From NCBI RefSeq assembly GCF_001194135.2, contig NC_068983.1:42766481-42830480 (forward strand): a DNA stretch of 64,000 nucleotides, read 5' to 3'. Each line of letters starts with the position of its first letter. Within the stretch, counting starts at the first letter, position 1. Under the pieces are notes generated by a model, which searched no databases, was not told the origin of the DNA, and saw only the letters and a program-made list of their open reading frames with translations. Position numbers and translations under genes: made by a program. This document shows, one piece after another, positions 27,463 through 40,434 of this stretch. This DNA is from Octopus bimaculoides. Lineage: Eukaryota.

Positions 27463-27608
27463 TTATTAAAGCTGCAAAAAAAAAAAAAAAAAAAAACTGT
27501 TACTCAGAGTTTCATGCTCCCATTTATCAGACTGTCCGACAAATGGGAACGTGAAACTGAGAAACAGTTTTGTTTTTTTTTCTCATGATGTTTTAGCAGC
27601 TTTAATAA
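27463..27608. mobile_element. Palindromic element with twin hammerhead-like motifs
   Basis: Arms ttattaaagctgc...catttatcag and ccgacaaatggg...gcagctttaataa meet at the 5-nt centre actgt (27531-27535). Confidence 0.75.
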
Positions 27609-28810
27609 AGCATATTACTTTACCTCCGGTATTTGAGTACTATTTTTTTTTCCCACCTTGTTTCACATTTATGTGCTTACTCTGGTGCGTGCGTGTATGA
27701 CAAAGACAGGTGTAGGAACAACAAGCAGGTATATTAGTTTAACGCTTGTGAACACATACACAAACTTATAACAAAATTGGTCAAATTAGACGGAGACAGT
27801 CACAATTTATTGTGACTGTCACAAATAGCAGAGATAAATCACAGAAGAGAGGAATTTACAACAGATAATGGTTTAGTCACAACACATACAAGATTAACAA
27901 TCTATTGTTTTTTCATACTCACGCTCTCTTTCTCTCCATGTTTTGATATAAATAAATACAAAAGCCTATTTTTTTTAGCTATTTAATTAAACCATAGCAA
28001 TGCTTTATTTCTGAAAGTTTAAAGGTATTACATTTTTATGTGAAACTGCACACCTGAATATAATAAAAATTGCAATTAATGGCTTATTATTTTCAACATT
28101 TAAACAAGCATTATTTCATCTAGATTTTCCTCGAATTGTTCTACAGCCCCGTGGGTGGAATATATTCATAAATTTATACATTTTTATTGGAACAGCTTTT
28201 CACAGCTATTTATGTATTTATATATATATATCTTCTTCACACTCTTAATCACTCAGTAAACAAAGCAGAAGAGCAAGATTTCTCTTGATTTATTAGATTC
28301 TGGTGACAAATCCAACCCATGCTAGCATGGAGAGAATAAGTACCTTGGGTCTGGCTCTTTACTATAGAACTGGAGCTACCAATTCCTTGCAAGTGAATTT
28401 GGTAGATAGAAGAAAACAAAAGGAAGAAAGAATCATAATTTTAACAACCATCTTTTTACGTTTGCATGAATCAAATGGAATTCAATGAGACGGGGGTTTT
28501 CTGCAGCCAGACACCGTTTCCTGTCATCAACCCTCACCTGTTTCCAAGTAACAATTCCCATGGCAAGCTAGGTTTCCACTTAAGAATGGAAATGAATGCC
28601 AGTCATACTCACAACTCTCACATGGTGTCAAGACAAGCACACACGCACAAACTGTGTGTGTGTGTGTATTATATAGGAAATTACTTAACAAGGAGAAATT
28701 ATGACAAACTTTATTAACTTACAGCTGTTTCTGCTACAAGATGCAATGCACTCATAGCTGAATGCTTGTATATCAACCTATAGCTTCAGAGCTTCAGAAA
28801 AAATATATAT

Positions 28811-28970
28811 GAGTGGCTGTGTGTTAAGTAACTTGCTTACCAACCACATGGTTCCGGGTTCAGTCCCATTGCGTGGCACCTTGGGCAAGTGTCTTCTACT
28901 ATAGCTTCGGGCCGACCAAAGCCTTGTGAGTGGATTTGGTAGACGGAAACTGAAAGAAGCCTGTCGTGTG

Positions 28971-29025
<55 letters not shown>

Positions 29026-29210
29026 CTGTGTTTGTCCCCCCACCATCGCTTGACAATCGATGCTGGTATGTTTATGTCCCCGTAACTTAGCGGCTCGGCG
29101 AAGAGACCGATAGAATAAGTTCTAGGCTTACAAAGAATAAGTCCTGGGGTCAATTTGCTTGACTAAAGGTGGTGCTCCAGCATGGCCGCAGTCAAATGAC
29201 TGAAACAAGA
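28811..29210 (+). mobile_element. SINE family A, full length
   Basis: Same head, internal (TG)n and tail as 24910-25293. Confidence 0.85.
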
Positions 29211-29907
29211 TATATATATATATATTGTTATATGAGCTTCTCTCAGTTTCTATCAATCAAATCTACTCACAAGATTGTTTGGCCTAGGGCTATAGTAGAG
29301 AACATTTGCTCAGGGTTCCATGTGGTGAAACTGAAGCCAAAATTATGTGGTTGGGAAGCAAACTTTAACTATATACCTAGACCGATAAATAATTTTTATT
29401 ACCACTAATTTGCCATTAATTATACTTTGCAGCTGTAGGTTTATTTCTGTTAATTCTTGGAGCTAAGGTCATATGTATCATATTGTATCCACCTTCATTA
29501 AGTAGAATAGAGATTTAGTAAAACAGATACCAGAGTGTCCTCAACTGTTTTATAAGCTGTTGTAATAAATAAGGTTAATTACTTCAATGAAATATGGTTT
29601 ACGACATATAACTTCTCCCATACTGTCTTGTATTCTTTCCATCTGCATTTATTTCTTTATCTTTTAGTCCAGAGAAAAGATTGTACCTATAGAGTGTTCA
29701 GGCTAAATTTGATTCCAGCATGGCCCCAGTCAAATGACTGAAACAATTAAAAGAATATATCAAAAAATAAAAGTATTTAAAAAAAAAAAAAGAAATATAA
29801 ACTATAGGCACTGGCATGGTTGTGCGATAAGAAGCTTGCCTCCCAACCACATGGTTCCAGGTTCAGTCCCACTGTGTGGCATCTTGGGCAGGTGTTTNNN
29901 NNNNNNN

Positions 29908-29939
<32 letters not shown>

Positions 29940-30450
29940 TTGTGTGTCTGTGTTTGGCCCCCTACCATTGTTTGACAACCAATGTTGGTGTGTTTATGTC
30001 CCTGTAACCTAGCAGTTTGGCAAAAGAGACTGATAGAATAAGTACTAGGCTTGCCAGGAATAAGTCCGGGGGTCAATTTGTTTGACTAAAGCTGGTGCTC
30101 CAGCATGGCTGCAGTCAAATGATTGAAACAACTAAAAGAATAGATTATGACTGGGAGATAACCATTTACTCAAAGAAGCTGTTCTCAGCTTTCACCACAG
30201 CCTCAAGACAGCTTCAGAACCTGGTACATGCATTTCTCACTACATCCCTAGGAAGATCTTGACACACCTTGATCTTGGCCACTAGCTTGGCTTTGATGTT
30301 ACAGGCAGAGTAATCCAGGAGATTAATTCTACTGTCTAAATAGGCCATAGCATGATTTGAACTCTGAATGCAAAGATCCAGAACAATTACTGCAAGGAAT
30401 CCAGTCCAACATTCTTAGTTCTACCCTAGATGGATGACTGGCCTTTTTCA

Positions 30451-30828
30451 TCCCCATGCTGATAGCACATAAAAAGCATCATCCAAACATAGCCGATGCC
30501 AGTGCCACCTAACTGGCTCTCGTGCCAGCGGCACGTAAAAAGCACCCACTACACTTTCGGAGTGGTTGGCATTAGGAAGGAACATTGCCAGATCAGAATG
30601 GAGCCTGGTGCAGCCTCCTGGCTTGCCAGTCTTCAGTCAAATTGTCCAACCCATGCCAGCATGGAAAGCGGAGGTCAAGCAATGATGATGATGATGATGA
30701 GTAAAATTTATAAAAGAAACGTTGTAGAAAGCAAAACAACTGAGTAAGTAATTGGTATGGATTTTTTTGTTCTTTTTCTTCCTAGAAAGGATGTTAATTT
30801 TTAAATATTTTAAAGTCTGTTTTATGCC
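30451..30828 (+). repeat. Direct duplication, copy 1 (SINE B 3' part plus non-SINE flank)
   Basis: Aligns by eye with 32876-33262, including about 130 nt beyond the (TGA)n tail. Confidence 0.85.
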
Positions 30829-32875
30829 AATCTTTGGTTGAGAGTATTGCAGAGATACTAACTTAACCACCCACACTTGCTGTGCTTAGACTGTCTCCAG
30901 AATTAAGTGCCTAACTCCAAATACACTTACCCCTCTCCACTCATGGATGAACCATGAAGGAAAGACAAGTCAATATGTTTGTAGCATCCATGGCACCAGC
31001 AGAGGATGCCAGGTATTGGTAAGTGTGATTATATATATCCATCTTAGGGACCCTCTTTTCAGGTTTTCTGAAGTGGTTTACTTTCTTACCCTATTCTAAA
31101 TGCTCAGTGAATTATTCCACAAAACAGCAGGGGTTTATTATAGAGGGTGTAGTTTGTGCACAGCCAGTTCCACTTTTTCTGTCCTTCAAACTCATATTGG
31201 TCTGGTGCAACGAACCCAATGGTTATCAAGTTATAGGATTTGTACGGAGTTAGCTTGTCTTAGATGAGTTACCTTCTCTTAGATGGGTCTTAGATGAGAG
31301 GCTAAAGAGCTGCAGGACTTCATGGGACCTGGATCAATTGGAGTGTCTGTGAGCAACCTTCTTTAATGACAAGCGAATTAACTTATTGTTGAGACTCTAA
31401 CCAGTACAATTACTGAGCCAGGTTAGATTTGGGAACAATAGCGAGTAAGAAGTGGTTACACATTCCTCAAAACCCTGAGACTTCTTAAACAGCCCACCCC
31501 CACTGCCACTACCAGATGCACTTTAAAACCAGACCCAGGACAAATTGATACTGAATCGTCAATCCTGTTTTTTTTTTTTTTTTGCTAATAACCCTGAAAG
31601 GATGAAATGCAGCATTGACCTCAGAGGGCTTTGAACTCAAGCATATTTACATGACAGACAGTTGCACATTCTAATTTACCTTGAAATATGATACTGAGCA
31701 CACCTGCGGTTTTCTTTAATAGCTTACACTAATAATCAATTCCATGAATCTGAACACCATTTAACAGAGATAATAAAGAGATGAAAAGCTTGTTAGATTT
31801 TCTAAATGTATTTAAAGTTTATTTTACAATTAATGAAACAGTAATAAAAGATAAATTGGTAGACTTCAATGAATTAATTAATATTGTATGTACTTTTTAT
31901 CTTATTTTTACATGGCATTTTCATCCACTATCCATTAAGTATCCCAAAATATGCTTACAAATTTCTCATTAGTTAAACAGACAGTCTTGCGCATTCTCTC
32001 ATTCTTGCAGGCAAAATTTGAAGTTGGTTAATTTCTTCCGGCATTATTTATAGGAGATTTTAAGATAGTGATCTCACAGAATTGCTAATGTGTTAGACAA
32101 AATACTGAGTGGCATATTTTTTGGCTCTTTACATTCCGAGTTCAAATCTCACCATGGACAAATTTGTCTTTCATCCTTTTGGATCCTATGAAATAAAGTA
32201 CTGACTTACTCTTCTCTGAAAATGTCAGGCCTTAGAAGCTTGCTTCCCAACCACACGATACCAGGTTCAATCTCACTGTATGGCACCTTGGATGATTGTC
32301 TTCTACTATAGTGCTGGGCCGACTAAAACCTTTTGAGTAAATGTGATCGACAAAAATTGAAAGTGTGTGTGTATGTGTTATGTTTGTCCAAGGCCTTTTA
32401 CTAAGTTGGTAGCATGTAATTTGAGCAAGATTTAGCTGTTATTTTTAACAGGCCCAGAAGCTTGTTAGCTCAGTCAGCACAACCGTTTGTAGTCAGTATC
32501 ATTAGAACATGTGTGAGAGTTGTCTGGTTTTAATAAAAAAAGTTAAAATACCAAAAACATATCCTTCCTCTTCCTTTGGGATGGGGGGAGGTGGTTAATC
32601 TGAAAACAATATTGATCTTTCCTAATCTTCTTAATGTCATTATTCTATTAAGCAATTAATTAGTCATTAGTAGTTGAAACTGTGTTGTAATCTACTTAGA
32701 ATCCAAAATGTTTAATTACTTATACAAATTCAAAATCACAATCAGAATCTCAATCAAATCAAAAATGGAAATTGTAGTTGTGACCAATGCCAGTGCCACT
32801 TGACTGGCTCCCGTGCTGGTGGCACACAGTAAGCACCATTCATGCATGGATCATTGTCAGTACTGCCTGACTGGC

Positions 32876-33262
32876 TCCCCATGCTGATAGCACATAAAAA
32901 GCATCATTCAAGCATGGTCGATGTCAGTGCCACCTGACTGGCTCTCATGCCAGTGGCACGTAAAAAGCACCCACTACACTCTCGGAGTAGTTGGAATTAG
33001 GAAGGGCATTCAGCTGTAGAAACATTGCCAGATCAGACTGGAGCCTGGTGCAGCCTCCTGGCTTGCCAGTCTTCAGTCAAATTGTCCAACCCATGCCAGC
33101 ATGGAAAGCGAACGTTAAGCAATGATGATGAAGAGTAAAATTTATAAAAGAAACATTGTAGAAAGCGAAACAACTGAGCAAGTAATTGGTATGGATTTCT
33201 TTGTTCTTTTTCTTCCTGGAAAGGATGTTAATTTTTAAATATTTTAAAGTCTGTTTTATGCC
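32876..33262 (+). repeat. Direct duplication, copy 2
   Basis: Shares gagtaaaatttataaaagaaac...tttaaagtctgttttatgcc with 30451-30828. Confidence 0.85.
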
Positions 33263-33423
33263 TATTCATCTCTCATGCTATTTTTGGCTGGTGTTTCACA
33301 AACTTAATTTGCATTCCATCAGTTGTAAAGATGAGGGTTCCAGTTGATCCAATCAACAGAACAGCCTGCTCTTGAAATTAACGTGGAAGTGGCTGAGCAC
33401 TCCACTGACACACATATCCTTAA

Positions 33424-33644
33424 CCCTTTTGATACCAACCCGGCTGAAATCGCCTCTGGCTTTGTACTACAAATGTCTTTTTTTTCAGAAGTTCTGAATT
33501 AAAATCTTTCACCAAACCATAGTCGCAACTTATATTCCTAACACTAGCTTAAAGATAATTAAGTTATTTTACTAAATTCTTTGTTATATTTAAAATTAAT
33601 TGAAAGAAACAAGGTATCTCAACAGAAATATGGTAACAAAAGGG
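33424..33644. mobile_element. piggyBac-like MITE inserted at a TTAA within a SINE D copy
   Basis: TIR cccttttgatacca / tggtaacaaaaggg, flanked by TTAA (33420-33423) and TTGA (33645-33648). The host SINE resumes at gtagttctcaggg, matching the intact ccttaacgtagttctcgggg of the 56 kb copy. Confidence 0.8.
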
Positions 33645-36579
33645 TTGAAGTAGTTCTCAGGGAGATTCAACAAGACAGTGAATGTGACAAGGCTGACTCT
33701 TTAAAATACAGCTACAACTCATTTTTGCCAGATGAGTAGACTGGAGCAATGTGAAATAAAATGTCATGTTGAAGGACACAATATGCTGCCAGGAATTGGA
33801 CTCAACTTTACAATCATGACCCAGATACCTTATTGCTTGATTGGCATTTTATGGTGTCCTTTTTACAGACAGTTATACTTCAGCTCCAAGATAGAATTGT
33901 TTAAAACAGTCCCACTTGCACAAATTGTAAGACAGATATAATCCTGGCAGCTGGAACAATAAAGGAGATTAGCAGCAGTACAAGGTCTCTGGCTATAGCT
34001 TTTGTCACACTAGTCCTTTTACGGTTGCTGTATAGAGTTAAAAGTTGGTAAACAAGTGGGGTTGATAGACAGACAAGGAAGCACATCATCATTTAACGAC
34101 TGTTTACCATGCTGGCATGGGTTGGATGGTTTGACATGAGCTGGCAAGGCCAAGAGCTGCACCAGGTTCTATTGTCTGTTTTGCACTGGTTTCCACAGCT
34201 AGATGCTCCTCCTAATGCCAACCACTTTAGAGAGTGTAATGAATCTTATTACATGACACCATTACCAGTGATTTTTACGTAGCACCAGAGAGAGAGAGAG
34301 AGAGAGAAAACTATTAGAATGTTAGACAAAAAACTTAGTAGTATTTCTATTGGCTCTTTATGTTCTGAGTTCAAATCTGGCCAATGTTAGCTTTGCCTTT
34401 CATCTCTTCAAAATTGATAAAATAAAATACCAGTCATGTACTGGTAGCATATGTGTATCTGTATGCATGTGAAAGTGTTTATGTATTCATGTGTGTCAGT
34501 GTGTGTATGTTTGTTCATGTATGTGTATATGCATTGATGCATACACACAAATGTATGGTGGTTCATCAGTTACAATGTTACACTATTTCTTCCAGCTCTT
34601 TATGTTTTGGGTTCAAGTCCAGCCAAGGCCAATTTGGTCTTTCATTTTTTCAAAGTCAATCAAATACTAGGAGTATGTAATTGTATGCGTATGAATGTGC
34701 TTATGTCTTCATATTTGTATTTATGGTTCTGTATTTATGTGTGTGTGTGTGTGTGTCGCTCATGCAGGCAGACAAAAATAAGGTCGTACAACAGTTGGAA
34801 TAATATTTTCCTTGCATTGAGATCTTTCAAAAATCACTTTTTAGTCACAAGCATTTTGCTTTGGCATCCTAACAGAGGAATATTTCAATTAATTTTCCAT
34901 TGGTTCTGAAAACCAGTGACCATGTTCATTAACCATTCCAAGACATTATTCGGTTCATGTGGAATTTAGATTACTAAAACTAATTTAATACCTCCAGACT
35001 GATTTCCATGTATCCCATGTATTGTTCAGATAAACTTGCTCCATAGTCATTAAGTCAGTTTGAATCTCATTACACTTTGTAACCGAGGTTAATTACATCT
35101 TGCTGTCAATGCCTACAGACCAAAGTAGATATCTACTTCAATCTCTACCACCACCATTCTTTAATTTGCTTTGTTTCTCTTCTGCATCTTTCAGTTCATT
35201 TAACATTGGTAATGTCTGAGAAATTCATGAGTATTATTCAACCTTAGTTTGCTGTCCTTTGGTTAGAAACATGGTATTTTACAGCATACAAGTCGAATTC
35301 TTCAAACCAAAATTTGCAGTCAAAAAACAAAAAGGGAGATTGCATTAAAAAGAGTATCCAACTGAAAAACCTGCTTTAATATTCCTGTAACTCATTCTAG
35401 CATAGAAAAACAGGCATAAAACAAACAAATGAACTCCTTACATGTATATCATACTTGTATATGACCTACATGTTTACATGTATAAAAATAGACTGGCACT
35501 CACTTGGTCACAGCAAGGAGTGTTTCCAGTTGGCCTGATCAACGGGACAGCCTGCATGTGAAATTAACATGTAAGTGGTTTGAGCACTCCACAGACATGT
35601 AAACCCTTAATTAGTTCTCAAGGAGAGCCAGTGTGACACAGAATGTAATGAGCCTGGGTTGGCCCTTTGAAACACTAGTAAACTAAGTAAAATCGCTGTC
35701 ATCCATACATACAGACTTGTCCTTTACAGGTGCCAGTGTCACATAAAATGCACTTGTGCTAGTGCTGCATAAACACACTTGTGCTGTTGGCATGCAAGAA
35801 GTCCTCTGTTACTTATTCTATCAGTCTCTTTTTGTTATACTGCTAAGTTATACGGATATAAACAGAGTAACACTAATTGTCAAGTGGTGGTGGTGGTGGT
35901 GGTGGTGGTGACGACATGGACAAACACACACACATGCATCTCTCTCTCTCTCTCATATAAAAATATATCATTTAACATCCGTGTTCCATGTTAGCAGGAG
36001 TTGGACAGTTTGACAGCAGCTGGCATGCCAGAGAGCTGCACCAGGCTCCAATTGTCTCTTTTTGCAGGGCTTTTATAGCTGGATGCCCTTCCTAATGCCA
36101 GCCACTTTACGGAGTGTACCAGATACTCTTTACATGCCACTAGCAAGGGTGCTTTTTGCATACCGCTAGCACAGGTGCTTTTTTATGTGGTGCTGGTACA
36201 GGTACTTTTGATGTAGTGCCAGCACAGATAGCGCCAGCATGGACAGTGCCAAAAACATAAAATCAATTTCAGTAACTGATTGGTGTATTAGTTTACTGAT
36301 CTTAGAAGTATGAATAGTAAAGCTGACCTCAGTAGGAATTGAGCTGAGAATGTAAAGTGGTGCAAGTAAACACTACAGACATTTTGTCCAATGTGTTTAC
36401 CAAATGTAGCAATTTACCATTGTTGCGATGGTGATGGAGTCAGCATCAAGTCTGAGTAAGTTTAGGTCATTGTCTGTTGGAAAAACAAAGGAGTCAGTCC
36501 AAATGCATTATGTCCAGTTTCCATCCATTCTATCTATTGTGACTATTTCTTATCACACACACACACACACACACATATA

Positions 36580-36619
<40 letters not shown>

Positions 36620-36656
36620 CATACATACACATATGTATATGTATTTATTTATTTAT

Positions 36657-36883
36657 TATTGTGTCTGGGGAAAGTCTCTTTTAATGCCTTATTAACACTC
36701 ACGAGTTCGATTTCCACTCATTTATTCATTTTTTTATAAACTTTTCAACTAAAAACAACTATTGAAAAGGTTGCAAGATGCAACGAAAATTTTTAAAAAC
36801 AATTTAGTAAATGAGTGGAAATCGAACCAGTGAGTGTGTTAAGTAATAAGGCACTAAAAGAGAATGACTCTTCCCAGACAATA
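36657..36883. mobile_element. Foldback element with a hammerhead-like remnant in the right arm
   Basis: tattgtgtctggg...ttccactcattta pairs with taaatgagtggaaa...cccagacaata. The right arm has ttgaaaa-g-GTTGC-aagat-GCAAC-GAAA (36762-36788). Confidence 0.7.
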
Positions 36884-37978
36884 AAACATGCTTCAACACA
36901 CAAATTCACATAAAGAAACTTGTAAACAAATTACAAAAAACTATGAAATATATATATGTATTCATTCAATTATTTGATTGCTTGGTTCCGTTAGACTGTG
37001 GCCATGCTGGGGTACCATCCTGAATTTTAGTTAAATGAATCAACCCCATTACTGATTATATTTTAAAGCCTGGTACTTATTCTATCAGTCTCTTCTGCTG
37101 AACCACTACATTATGGGGATGTAAACACACCAACATGGGTTTTCAAGTGGTTGTGTGAGACAAACACACACACATTCAAAGGGCTTCTTTCAGTTTCCGT
37201 CAACTAAATCCACTCACAAGGCTTTGGTCGACCCGAGGCTATAGTAGAAGACACTTGCCCAAGGTGCCACGCAGTGGGACTGAACCTAGAACCATGTGGT
37301 TGGGAAGCAAGCTTCTTACCACATAGCCACTCTTGCACCTTATATATTTGTAATTATTGTACAGAAACATATTGTTGGAACAGTCTCAGCATCATTATAA
37401 ATTATTCAAAACATTTCTATTTTGGAATTCTAAATTTATTTTTTCTTGCTTTATTCTCATTGCAGATATTCAAAGTAATAAAGAATGGAAGTATGTACAG
37501 AATTCTTGGAGACATAAAATATATGTAAGTATATATCTGCAATAATTGGCATCAAATGAATAAAACCATAGGTATTTCTGAATAAAAAGAAAGCAATATA
37601 TTTAACCACTGAAACTAGAATTAGTAATTGATGATAATGATAATTAATAACTTGTAGGCACATGAAATTTCGTTAAGCAACTATAATATACTATAAAGTA
37701 TATTAAATATTTTTATAAGTCAACACCATGTCCTACTGTGTTAGCAGTGCTCTTTACATTATTTTGTGAAAGTTATTTCTACAGAAATTATAACCAACAC
37801 TCATTGCTACAAAGTTTCATATCGAGACGTCAGATGTAAACAAACGAGATGTTAGACAAAAATTAGGTAATGAATGTATATGCCATATTTCGGGGNNNNN
37901 NNNNNGTGTCCTGTCATCAATGAAACACTTTAGCAAAAAAGTTAGTGTTGGCTATAATTTCTTTACAAATAACCCTAT

Positions 37979-37979
37979 G

Positions 37980-38029
<50 letters not shown>
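37979..38029. repeat. (TAA)n microsatellite
   Basis: Directly visible. Confidence 0.95.
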
Positions 38030-38507
38030 TGTGGTTCAAACTTTGGTACAGGGCCAGCAGTTTTTTAAGGGAGGGAGAAGCTGATAGCATCAACCCCAGT
38101 GTTTAACTGGTACCTACTGATCCCAAAAGGATGAAAGGCAAAGTCAACCCCAGCAGAATAATAAGTCTTGGTGTAAAAGATGGGTCACAGCAAATATTCT
38201 GCTCAATGCTACAGGTTTGCTAGTCAGTTGCTTGACCTTAATCACTAGAGCATGTCCCTTAGTGGCTGACAATATGTGCATCTCTGATCATGAGCAGAAA
38301 TAGTGGAGGAACATCATAGCCATGTGTTGAGAGGGGTTCTTTGGGATTTGAACAATTCATCTGTGGAAACAAGGGTGTTTCATTCATCATCATTAAACAA
38401 CCTTTATTCAGAGACCTCTTAAAGTAGGACATGCTACTCAATCTGAAGAAAATTCTAACTGGGCCCCACCTGCAAGGTCATTTGCTGTTTATCTTGATAT
38501 ATTATAT

Positions 38508-38781
38508 CAGTGGTTCTCAAACTTTTGCGGGCTGCCACTCTCTTGACACCCGGGCCACATTCCTAGCACCCTACTACCCCAACTAACCATCACAAACATA
38601 GACCTCTTTCTGAAGCAAATTCAAAGCAACTGTATTTCACCAATAAAACAACCTAATGAACCTATTATTTTGTTGTTTTTACATGAATCACTATTGTATT
38701 ATCGCCCCACTTTTCTTCAACGCCCCTTGGTACTTTCCACCACCCCCAGGGGCGCAATACCGCCCACTTTGGGAACCAATG
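38508..38781. mobile_element. hAT MITE, same family as 26283-26588
   Basis: TIR cagtggttctcaaa / tttgggaaccaatg. TSD tattatat / tattagat (7/8). Shared internal ggccacattcctagc. Confidence 0.8.
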
Positions 38782-40434
38782 TATTAGATCACCATGTCGC
38801 ACACATAGGGTTGAGATACAGATGCTTAGAATACCTTTATCAGACAGGTAGTCATAATGGGTATACTGGGCTTTGTAATTTTGTACCCTAGCATTCCTTT
38901 AATGGCATGGGCTGCTCTCTCAATCAATACTAACAGTAATCCTTTATACTATAGGCACAAGGCCTGCAATTTTGGGAGCGGGTGGGGCTAGTGGGTTATA
39001 TCAACTCCAGTACTCAATTGATGCCTATTTTCATCAACTCCAAAGAATTTGTAAGGCTAAGTCAACCCTGGCAGAATTGGGACTCGGAACATAGGGCTGG
39101 AAGAAATGCCACTAAGTGTTTGGCCAACAATTTTCCTAGCTCACTACCTTCAGTTGTTATAACATTAATGCACTTCTTGTAACCATTCCCAGACTCTACA
39201 AGGAATAAACCCATAAAATTATACTTTATTCTTTCTCCGTTTTTGTTTAAACATCATCATCAACATTGTGTGCATTTCCATGTCATCAAATACCAAGTCA
39301 GTCCACATCATTAGTCATTGATCAACTTCTTAGAGTGGTCAGAGGCCAGGTCTTATTTGGTATGTTTTCTACAGCTGGATGTCCTTCCTATCACTAACAA
39401 CTTTATAGGGTGTATTTTATGATGGTACCAGCATTAAGCAGATTGTCTTACTTGCGACAAGATGAAAGAGTTCTCTCTGCCATGTGCTGTTTCTGTTCAT
39501 TCAGCAACTACAGAATGTGCCGAGTGCATTTTCTCATGGCACCAGCACAAGAGAGGTTATCTTGTCCCTAGCAAGACTAAAAAGTCTTTACCTTTTGTCT
39601 CTATCTATTCCCCAACACCAGAGGGTTGTCTTCAACAAAAAGAAGACAGTAATGAAAGAATAGTCAGCATTAGAGCACAGGGTGTGTGTGTGTGAGAGAG
39701 AGAGAGAGAAAGAAAGAGAGAGAGAGAGAGAGAGAAAGAGAGATAGAGAAAGAAAGAGAGAGAGAGAGAGAGATGGATAGCAACAATGAGTCAATGTGAA
39801 AAAGAATGACGGTAAAGGAGTGATGAGTGTCAATAGCAAGCAACAGGGGAGGAAGTAAAAGAGGGGAAGGAAGAAAGGTAGAGAGAGAAAGAGAGAAAGA
39901 CAGCTAACAATAAATATGGGGTAATGGTAAAATGAGTAAAGAGAGGAACTGAATATAGACAGATTCAATGGAATGGCAGCCCTCTTTATACAAGCAGTAA
40001 GATGGGAGAGAGATTGGATGATAGTAAGGAAGTACATAGAGAAGAGAGAGCAATTCATATGAACATGATGGTCAGGAGACACACAAGTGAAGATGATACG
40101 CATTCCAATCTCCATCGCCATCAATAATTTATATTTGTTCCACCCCCCACCCCCCGTGCTTGCAGTAGCTTCTCTTCAATGCAGTGCTTATATAAACAAA
40201 GCAGAAATAATTAAATTTTACAATGATTAATAATTGTTTTATTTTAGTGAGAAGGCTGTTTGAATTTTTCAACAGTCGCTTGAGCTTTGTATCAGTTAAA
40301 ATGTCTAAAAATCCCCCAAGAACAGGTGCAGGTGTGGTAAGAAGCTTGCTTCCCAATTGCATGGTTCTGGGTTCAGTCCCACAGCATGGAACTTTGGGCA
40401 AGTGTGAGTGGATTTGGTAGACAGAAACTGAAAG

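Noticed and set aside
30860-31420. Possible LINE or UTR fragments here and at 45520-45930 (GC-richer, non-SINE sequence)
   Set aside because: No interpretable translation in any frame. A repeat-library search is needed.
35195-35208. Candidate plus-strand microexon (polypyrimidine-cag/ttcatttaacattg/gtaatg); similar candidates near 20594 and 32011
   Set aside because: Such splice-like signals arise by chance in AT-rich DNA, and there is no recognisable peptide. Spliced RNA-seq reads would be needed.
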